Source: the human T2T-CHM13v2.0 reference genome, Homo sapiens
Length of the DNA stretch: 64,000 nt
Reading direction: 5' to 3' (one strand)
Assembly: GCF_009914755.1 (NCBI RefSeq)
Contig: NC_060941.1
Both the position numbers and the translations under genes were made by a program. The notes under the pieces are model-generated. The model did not search any database. It was not told where the DNA came from and was given only the letters and a program-made list of their open reading frames with translations. Positions 53,590-64,000 of this stretch are shown one piece after another. Numbering within the stretch: position 1 is the first letter of the stretch; each line of letters starts with the position of its first letter.

Positions 53590-54257
<668 letters not shown>

Positions 54258-55282
54258 TAAAATGGAAATGTTTTGAATCAAATGCCCTGAGTTCTAGAGA
54301 AATCTCAATACAACCTAAGGGACAGCCCCTCCCATCTGTACTTGGTCATAATAATGCATGCATTCAAACACATCTTCAGGAGGACCCTAGAAGAGATTAA
54401 GAGAAGAGAAAGTAGCAAGGCCCCTACCTAGAAATCATTTTTGTTAAATGGTTGTCTGAACAAAGTCCTCCCTCCTCCAAACCCTAGAACCTGGAAGCCT
54501 CACCTGCAACTGGAAGCATGTTGATCAGGAACTGAGGGACCACGATAGTCATAGGATCAGATGTTACTCAGGGTAGAGGGAAACTGAGAGTTGACTTTGT
54601 CTAATCTCTTCCTTTCAGACATGGGGAAGCTAAAGCCCAGAAAGGAGCTGTCGTTGTGGCAGATGCCCGTGGAAAATTAGTAGAAGAATCCATCACCTTC
54701 ATACAGCACCTTAGAGGATACCAAGCACATATCCATTTATAATTTTATTTCATACTACACTAATACTACAGCTTTATTAGCTATGAGGAAGGGCTGATGG
54801 AAGGGAATGCTCTTCCCATTTTTGAGATGAAGAAATTGAGATTCTAAAATGCGATAGCGATATGACTTGCTTCATGTCACCCTGACAAGCAATGGCTACT
54901 TGGAACTCATTCTAGGTCTCTCAATCCTTGATCCTCAGACATAGCCATTTCTATCAAACCATGTACCTGAGAATGCTCTTCTTGGAGTCCATCCCAAGCA
55001 GAGGAAATTGGACAGAAAGTAGGACAATCCCAGGAGGATCCACCTTGGGAGGGGGCAGGGACCAGCCTCTACTGGTTAGTTATGGGGGGCAAAGCCAGTC
55101 AGATTTGAACCCCACTTGTTCTAGGCCCATAAAGCTCTGGGGCTTTGATCTTGGGGACAGCCTTTGGGACATCTCTCTAGGCTTCTGGGGCTGGATTGCT
55201 GTAGGGGATCTCACCACCCTTAGACTGAAAGGACCCCCTGGGAGACTGCAAAAGTCTCAGAAGAAGCCTTTTGGACAACTGG

Positions 55283-55283
<1 letters not shown>

Positions 55284-55320
<37 letters not shown>

Positions 55321-55338
55321 AACACACATACACACACT
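55284..55338. repeat. (TC)n(CA)n microsatellite
   Basis: Direct reading. Confidence 0.9.
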
Positions 55339-56059
55339 CCTGAAGAAGGCTATGTTTGCTCTGGAAGGCCAGCCAAGCCCCTTGACGCTGGCCTAGTGCC
55401 CCCTTCCCTCTGCCCTCACCCTCTTCTCCTCAGTACCCAGCCCAGGCCTGGTCTACAGTCAGATTAGGGTTTGTGAGTAGCCCCTCCCTCTAATGCCTAA
55501 GGACAGTCCTTGCTTCCTCATTGGACCACGCTTGCCCCATCTGTCCAGGGCACAGACAACTTCCCCCAAGGCTCATAGTCTGGGGCTGAGGCCCAGGCCC
55601 CCTACACTCTCTCCAGCCCCACTCCCACCTCTGCCTCCCCGCACTGTGCCCCCGGCCCTCAGACCTGTCCTCCATCCCTTCCTCATCCCCACGTGCCACT
55701 ATTCTGGGGTGCTCATAAATCGCCAAGTTTGACTCATTTTTCTTCATAAATCCAGAGCTTCTGGCCTCCTGTTTGATTTGTGTTCCTGAATTATCCATGA
55801 AATTTTCAATAGCTTAGCGAGCAATGGTTTCAATCTTCAGGAGCAGAGGTCCCCCTCAGCCCCTGAGAGATGCTGAGCTGGTGATGGTGGCGTCACCAAA
55901 GGGGGTAAAATCAGAAAAGAAACGGACTTAGCAGGGCACACAGTCTGCTCCTGGAACAACGACGCGTCCCCTCACATTTCTTTGAGCCCAGGATCATGAA
56001 TCCCCAAAGCATGAAGTCTGGAAGGAAACTTCAGACTCACCTGATGTTTTAGAGGTTTC

Positions 56060-56190
56060 CTTTTTTATTGTGGTATAACATGCATACTGTAAAATTTACC
56101 ATTTCCACCATTTCTAAGTGTACATTTGAGCAGCATTAAGTGCATTCACATTGTTGGGCAACCATCACCACCCTCCATCTCTAGCGCTTC
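56060..56190 (-). mobile_element. L1M 3' terminal fragment
   Basis: TTTTATTGTGGTA..AAAATTTACCAT..GCATTAAGTGCATTCACATTGTTG..AACCATCACCAC. Confidence 0.8.
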
Positions 56191-56467
56191 CCTTGATTTT
56201 CCAGACTGAAAAGCCAATTGCAGAAAGACAAAAGCCACGCCTCAGGCTGCACAGCATGACCTAGCAGAGGCCAGCTTAGAATCTGTCCAGCCAAGGGTTG
56301 CCGAGAAGCCAGCCCCGGTGGGGACAGGGCTAAGTGTGTACTCCCAGAGAGAAAGGGCTTGTCCCTACAGTCTTCTCACCTGCCCCTTGCCTGGGGGCCC
56401 CACCTGACAGGGGACCCCCACCCCCAGCACCTACTCACCCCCTTCCTCCTCTAGGAACTTGAGAAAT

Positions 56468-56559
56468 GGCCCCCAGCTGCAATGGAGCCAGCCTGCGGTG
56501 GGGATTGAGGCCCCCAGCTGCAATGGAGCCAGGCTGTGGCAGGGGCTGAGGCCCCCAGC
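56468..56559. repeat. 41-bp tandem repeat, about 2.2 copies
   Basis: GGCCCCCAGCTGCAATGGAGCCAG.. at 56468, 56509 and (partial) 56550. Confidence 0.9.
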
Positions 56560-56859
56560 AGGTTTATGGAAGCCATCCATCCCCAGCTGAGAGCTTAAAC
56601 ACATCTACATAATCAGCTCCTCTCTACCCGCTGCTCCCACCATTTCTCATGAAACCTCACTGAGGCACTGAGTCTTTTCCTTTTTTCTTTTTTGTTTTTT
56701 AATAGAAAACATCAATCAACAGAGAGCAGTCCGGAAACCTCCTGCCTCCACTGCCAACCCTTCCCCTCCCCTGACCAAGTGGCTGGGTAGGGGTGGGGCT
56801 CTGTGTAGACACAGGACTCTGGTGTGACACAGGCTAGATGCAACCCTGGGGTAGGAGGG

Positions 56860-57075
56860 GGACAGTGATAAAATGCATCTCCCCGGCACACACAGACACA
56901 TGCTGTGCACAACAGGTGCACGTGAGTGTGAGCATTTAATTGCCGTGGGAAACCATTTCCTGACAATAAATGCCACCCCATCTCTGTCCCTCTCGGCTCT
57001 TGCCAGATGACTTTTGCTGAAATATTTGTCCCCATAATGAGCCCTCAGCCTCTATGTGAATAATTCATACCTGGG
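56860..57075. promoter_or_regulatory. Candidate Notch/proneural enhancer
   Basis: CGTGGGAA (RBPJ), CAGGTG+CACGTG, CAGATG, TTAATTG, TGAATAATTCA. Confidence 0.45.
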
Positions 57076-57649
57076 TAGAACTGGGTCTCATTGGGAGGTT
57101 TGGGATGAAGTGGAGGAACTGGGGAAAGCAGCTCCTGACAGAGATGGGGGCTTAGGCCAGTCCATCAGAAGTGGGAGGGAAGATCATTCCCTGAGAAGGT
57201 GACATTTAAGCTGACAGCTGAAAGTTTTAAAAGATCCAGTCATGGGAAACAGGGAGGGGAGAGCATTTCCAGGCAGAGGGACCACAGGTCTCCAGCCCTT
57301 GCCCGCCGACACCTTGTCCAGGTGTCTTCCAGGTAGGGAGTGTCCCTCTGCCCTGCTCACCACTACCTCCTATCCAGGAACACAGCCACCCTGTGTGATG
57401 GGACCAGGCAGACATTTTAGAGAGGAGGAAAGTGCAGCTTAGAGACATTGAGGGACTTGCTCAAGGCCCTGTGGACCAGGACAAGCCAGCCTTCCTACCT
57501 CTAGATCCTGTTCTATGTACTTCCCTGGAGGCCCCAAACAAACTGAATGGGACCGCTGAGGCCAGCACAGGTCCCAGCTCCTCCCCAGGGCCCCTTCATT
57601 CCACTGTGCAGCACAGAGAGATGCTGTCCTGCCGAGCAGCCTCCCAAGA

Positions 57650-57820
57650 AAGGTCCGGGCTCCAGAATCAGACCACCTGGCTGCGCATCCCACTCCCTGC
57701 AGCAAGCTCCCTTCACCTCTCAAGCCTCACTTTCCTCATCTGTAAAATGAGGTCAGTAATGTTCCCTACGTGATAAGGTTGCTCCATAGTGTCAGTGCTT
57801 ACATAGTAAGCACTCGAAGA
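57650..57820 (+). mobile_element. MIR
   Basis: CCTCACTTTCCTCATCTGTAAAATGAGG. Confidence 0.8.
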
Positions 57821-58724
57821 AAAAAAAAAAAAAACGTAAATCGGATTAGTACTACTCAGGTTCAGGCACCAGATAAGACTAAGTGTTTTCATTTGCCTTA
57901 AAAATGAAACACACGCAGTCCAACCCTCACATCCACAGTTTTTATGGAAACCAACACTTTCTCTATCCCATTCCCCCTATTTCCCACCCCCTACGAATGG
58001 CCAAAACTATTGATCATTGCCCCCATGGGAAGAAAACATCAGGTGGCTGTGATGGTCCATTAAGACACATGCAGAGTGGCTTTGCACACTGGAAGGGGCT
58101 GCACAAATGGTCTTTGCTGATTACCATGCTCTTGGAGTACCAACCTCATTATCTGATGCTCCTGGGCCCTGACACTCCCTCTACTTCTATTTTTTGTTTG
58201 TGAGCAAGCAGCCATACAGTTGCACCCTAAGTCATGAACAGACTTTTTGTGTTGTAATCCAATAAAACTTACCACAAAGCTAATCAGCCACACATGGGTG
58301 CTGTGCATTATGATTATTCTGCTTCTTGGAGATAAGCTCCCAATAGTAAGTAACGGCTCAGATAAAACGTAGGTTTGTGGCTTTTTCTTTGTTGGTTCTT
58401 TGGAATCTTTAAATGGTGCTGGTGTTAGATTTAAGCCATATCACAGACACATATGCTGAAATTCACTTTCAGGAAATTCCAGAGGCTCTGGATCCATCAG
58501 CCAGGGTTCCCTGATGACCCTGACAAATCCAGCCACACGCAGGATGAGGTTCCCTGGGCCCTGGAGTATGTCTCTTTCATTCCTCCCATCAGATGTCTGA
58601 AACACAAGCCTGTCCATCAGCCTCAGGGAGCTGTGCTAGTAAGATCATGGATGTTGTCTTACATTCAAATCCTGGCTCTGCCACTCACTAGCCACATGAC
58701 CTGGTATAAGCACTTTTCTCTTCA

Positions 58725-59030
<306 letters not shown>

Positions 59031-59129
59031 ACACCTTGTTTCCCCCTCTATACATTATACATGGCGTCAATGTAAGGATAAAGGAAATCACATATGTTTT
59101 AACAGGGTGGCATATTGTACACTGTTTCA

Positions 59130-59330
59130 GTTCAAATACCAGCCCAGCTACTGGAAGGCTGTGTGGCCTTCGACAAGTCATTTGACTTCCCTCAGCTTCA
59201 GTCCTCATCTGTAAAATCAGAATAGGAATAGTACCCATCCCACAAGTGTTTGTGGGTATTCATAGTGATATTACATTTAAAGTGCATAGAAGAATACCTG
59301 ACACATAGAGAGCCCAGAACAAATTATTGG
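59130..59330 (+). mobile_element. MIR
   Basis: CAGTCCTCATCTGTAAAATCAGAATAGGAATAGTACC. Confidence 0.8.
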
Positions 59331-61520
59331 AGTGGTTGTCAAGCATTGTTACTTGTCCTGTGCTTGGCACGTCTTAGGCACTCTTCTCAAACATGTCGGT
59401 TCCCCATGTTTGCTCCCCGCTGGAAGAGACAGCACAGGAGTCCTGGGCAATGGCAGCCTAGGCACCCACAGCCACCGCTGTGTAGCCAGGTAGGCAGCAC
59501 TGATCCTGGGCTTAATTTGGAGTAAGGATGGGGATGGAGGGGGGTACAATCTGGACAGGGAAAGGGCAGGGAGGAGATCAGACTAGTGGGAGCCCAGAGC
59601 TTAGGCAAGGCAGGCTCCGGATCTCAGGGCTGTGACTTAACAGAGCTGATATACCCAAAAATGTGGGTCTTCACCCTTGGCAATTCTGAGAAGAGATGCC
59701 CAGCAGCCCTGACTTTGAAATGTGCTCCACTCAATTGTGAATGAATAATTTACAGTCTTTGATCTTATATTGCTGAGAAGGAGAGGGAGAAGACCATGAG
59801 GGCATCGGGTACAAGAAGATGAGAAAGTAAAAGAGGAAATAACTTAACCCTCTCTGGCCTATCTGAACTTTCAAGTCTCCCTGAGAGACGACTGGCAGAG
59901 TCTGGCACTGGAAAGCCTGCTGATTCCTTCCTGTCGGGGCCCGTGCACCCCGGGTAGCAAGAGCCACGTGAACACATTTGGGTTAGTGTGTCAATAAGAT
60001 TAGCAGGAAAGAAAAAGGAGAAGTTGTCAGCATGTGAGACATAAAGGTGTAAAGCTTTTATCAGTATTGCCAAATGGCTTCAGTCTCCCCGACCTAGATC
60101 CCATCGCTCCTGCTGACAAACCACTCTTTTTCTTCATTCAGAAAACACTGATACAGCCCTTTTTCCACCAGCCTGTGGGTGTGAATGACATGAACAACAC
60201 CCAAATATTGCAAGTTCCAAGCACCTATCTGCCAACTCAGGGGATCTCAATCCTTTGCAAACCCCTCTCCCACTCCTGGGAGCCCCAAGAGGCCTCTCAC
60301 CACGGATTGGGCTGGGTTTCCACTCTCTAGTTTGCTCTGCATGTGGCTTTGTTCTCCCAAGACATCTGCAAATTGGCTATGACAAAAAACATTCACTAAA
60401 TGAGCTTGTTAAAAGTCATAGTATTATTTTAACCAAATAGTTTTGAGCACCGACTTTGTAGCCGGCACTGGGCTAAGAGCTCAGCCTGCTCCTCCAAGGG
60501 AAAAAAAGTCACCCATGCCCTGTCCAGGGGCTGCAAGGAGGGTGCCCACCAGGGTGCTGCTTGGGCACCAAAGGCTTAGAGAGTTGATGAAATAATGTTT
60601 TGTCCACACACACAGCTTTTGCTCTCTGGAGACGCTTGGCACACCAAAGTCACTTGGTTTAGAGGGGTTCACACACCCATTCCCAGAATGACTGTCCCTC
60701 TGTTTCTCAGGCAGTCTGCAGCAGCCAGACCTCAAGGCTAGACCTTTTCAGCCCCCATGATGAATTCTCTCTCAGGGACCCCACTGTCCCCCAGCACCCT
60801 GGTCTCCACTGCCCCTCCCTCTTGTCCAGCAGACACAACTCTAAATATGTGTCACCCTATTTTGTGTCACCCTATTTGTAGACAGAATTCAGTGCTTGTC
60901 CCCCACAAAATCTTTTTCTTCCACGAATCCATGAATGCAAACAGGTCCTTGGGCTAAGAGGGGTCATTACCATACATGCCAGCTTCATCAGAATCTCCGC
61001 TCTGGCCTGGCCGACCCAGAGCCTGCTGCCTCCCTCAGCACCAGGAGCTCTGTCCTGATTGACAGGCCCTAGTGGGAAAAAGCCACTGGGGCTCAAGGCT
61101 AGGATGAAAGCCCACTTCAACGACATTGCCTCTCCTCCCAGAGCTGGGCCTGGTCTTTTCTGAGCCTTGCAGGAACTCTGTGTAGATGTGCCTGGGATGC
61201 AGGTGTCCCTGGCATGGCCACCTTAATCTGGTCCTTCCAGCTGGAACTCAAGGTGAGCAGGAAAATGTGTTGAGAGGGGATTGAAAGGTTGGAGGGGTGG
61301 TGGTAACCCATGGGCCAGCCCTATACTCCCCAGGCTGGATGACCTAGAGGTTCCAACTTTGACCTGGATCTGGGTTCCAACCAACGGTTTCTGTGGCCTC
61401 CTGCCTCCTTGTTGAGGCCAAGTCCCACTTGAGGCTCCCATTCTGATACCTGTGACCAAATCCTTGGGCCTGAGACCTTGCTTTAATAGCAACTGAATAG
61501 TAATTTAAAATTCAATAATA

Positions 61521-61798
61521 GCCTGTAATCCCAGCACATTGGGAGGCTGAGGAGGGTGGATCACTTGAGGTCAGGAGTTCGAGACCAGCCTGGCCAACAT
61601 GGAGAAACCCCGTCTCTACCAAAAATACAAAAATTAGCTGGGTGCAGTGGTGCACGCTTGTAATCCCAGCTACTCGGGAGGCTGAGGTGGAAGATCGTTT
61701 GAACTCAGGAGGTGGAGGTTGGAGTGTGCCAAGATCGCGCCACTGCACTCCAGCCTAAATGACAGAGACTCCATTTCAAAAATAAATAAATAAATAAA
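61521..61798 (+). mobile_element. AluS, 5'-truncated by about 20 nt
   Basis: Starts at GCCTGTAATCCCAGC; (TAAA)n tail; TCAATAATA on both flanks. Confidence 0.95.
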
Positions 61799-63469
61799 TG
61801 TCAATAATAATAGCTAGCATTATTAAGCACTCTGAGTATTCCTGAGCCAGATACTGTTATCTATAATTCATTTAATCTTCACACAACATTGTGAAGTATT
61901 ATTATTAACCCCATTTTGCACATCTAAAAACTGAGGCATGTGCCTCAAGGGCTGATGGTCTTACCTAGTAACCCATCCACCTGCTAACAGACCTCTCCTC
62001 CCCTGATACCTCTCTCTCTGCATGACATTATCTAGGTCAGCTCAAGTCAAAGCTGAAGACAAGACTGCCAGACCTATGCTAGATGCCTCATGGATATCTT
62101 ATTCCGTCCTTAAAACAGCTGTGGATGATGAGCATTACTCCCCCAGTTTGCAGATTCCAATACTGAGGCTCAGAGGCTTAAAGGACATGCCCAGGTTTGC
62201 ACAGCTGGTAAGTGGCAAAGCTATAATAGTAAGCCCCTCCTCATGCTTCCTGCCACCCAGCATCTCTTCTACACAGACATCCAACATCCATAGCTGCAAG
62301 CAGGCACCCCAGGCTTACCTCTGCTCCCTCTCCCAGCTCTGATCCTGGAGTCTCTGTTCTAGGTGAGACAAGAGGCAAGGGGAGGGGGAGAAAGGCCCAG
62401 GTAAATGTTGCAGGGATGAAGATTTGGGGGAATTCTCTGGACAGGTGCACCCTTCTCCCTTCCACCCCTTTCTTCCCTAGGAAATCTTGGTGAAGAGAAA
62501 TACTTGGAGATGGAGGCCTCTTGTAAAACTAATTAAAGGTCCTCCAAGCTCCACAAACAGGTTCTTCACTCCCCTGAATGCCAGGCTCCCAGGTTCAGGC
62601 TGGCAGGTGCCCCTCTCTCACCTGGGATGAGTGTCTCTTAACATCCTGCCCACCCTCATCTCCAGAGCCACAACCCCAACCAGAGGTGAGATATAGGTGA
62701 TACCTGTTAGCCCTCACCCCCTGACCCAGCACAGGAGGGGAAGAGAGCACCAGTGGGTCTTGCCTTCCTCCTCTATCCCCACCATCCATTTTGTTTTGTT
62801 AAATAAACCTCCTTCTGCCAAACAGAAGTACCACTTCCCAAGCTCCCCAATCCTGTTGCCAGTCTTGTAAAACCTGGCCTCCCAATGCCTCTTACAGGAA
62901 GCCTTCCCTGAACAGCCCCACCCAGCTCTGCATCCCCCATACTGGAATGTGTCCCTTTGCTCTAGCTAGAGCCTTCCTAGCTAGAGTGTTCCTGTAAGAG
63001 TGGGGAAGCTATCTAGACTCTGCCTCCAGGCCTTTGTAAATGCTGTTTCGTCTGCAAAAAAAATCACTCCACCTCCCCTTCCCAAAAATCTTATGCTTCA
63101 ATACTGAGTGCATATGTCACCTCCTCTGTGAAGCCATTTACAATCACCCCTCAGGGCCCATTATTCCCTCATCAGTGCCCACAACGATGTACCCCCTTTT
63201 ATCATTCCCTGGGATATACTCATGGCCCCAGAGACTGAGCTCCTGGACAACAGAGCAGAGTCTTACTCAGCTTGGCATGCACAGGGTCAGTGCATAGTAG
63301 GTGCTCAAGAAAAGCTGAGTGGAGAAGCCCTTTCTCTGGAGTGGGAGCTCTCAGGCAGGGTGGCTGGGAATTTTTTGCAGATCGAGCACTGAAGTGGGGC
63401 CAAGGGCAGAAACTACCTGGAGCTGGACACCGCACGGGTCCTCAGAGCATGCCACAATCGGAGATGATG

Positions 63470-63680
63470 AGTAAAGCCAACATTTAACTGGCACTTACAA
63501 GGGTGCTGGGTGCTGTGCTAATTGTGTGTACTCTTCATAATAAGTGTCTCGTGGATACTATTAGCCCCCTTTTCAGATGGAGAAATGGAAGGTCAGAGGG
63601 ATTAATTAAGCTGACCATGGTGACACAGGTATTAAGTGATGTGGCTGGAACTCAGATCCGCTCCGACTCTAGAAGGCAGG
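63470..63680 (-). mobile_element. MIR
   Basis: CCCCTTTTCAGATGGAGAAATGGA..CTGGAACTCAGATCC..GACTCTAGA. Confidence 0.7.
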
Positions 63681-64000
63681 CAGAGAACACGCCCTGTACT
63701 GTCTACCTGTGCCTCTGGGATCCACACTACCCTCCATTGAGCAGTACCCCCTCTTGTTTGGGTTTGAGTTCATGGCCAAAAAGACCGGAGGCTGAGCTGA
63801 GTTAGAGAGGGCCGCTCCTGCCCCCTCCCCTGCCAGGATTCAAACTACCAGTGGACACCATCAAAGGTAAAATACCCTGGTCAATTAAAAAGTCAATTCT
63901 CCACTAAGGAGATAAGCCTCACCGTTAGTCAGATGGAAGTCCTTACCTGGGGCACCCACCACCTGCAAATGCTAATCAGAGAAAAGCCCATCTCAGAAGT

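Overview
Non-coding primate (human-like) DNA, recognised by its Alu (FLAM, J, S, Y), L1, HAL1, L2, MIR, MaLR/ERVL/ERV1 solo LTRs and hAT MER elements. I see no credible protein-coding exon, RNA gene or CpG island, and the ORF track is consistent with chance or repeat-derived ORFs. A large share of the window is interspersed repeat, often nested with readable target-site duplications (TSDs). Between the repeats are roughly 15 short, AT-rich islands with no recognisable transposon. They are dense in homeodomain, SOX, POU, TCF/LEF, PBX-HOX, RBPJ or MAF motifs and resemble the conserved non-coding enhancers of a developmental gene's regulatory domain (inference; conservation could not be checked). 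The clearest structural oddities are a perfect 139-bp tandem duplication beside one island (11354-11631), a complex templated insertion inside an old L1 (about 43198-43420), and a 17-unit G-rich VNTR whose minus strand is an array of 5' splice-site-like motifs (about 29530-30240). Repeat subfamily names are from memory of consensus sequences, and boundaries without TSDs are approximate.
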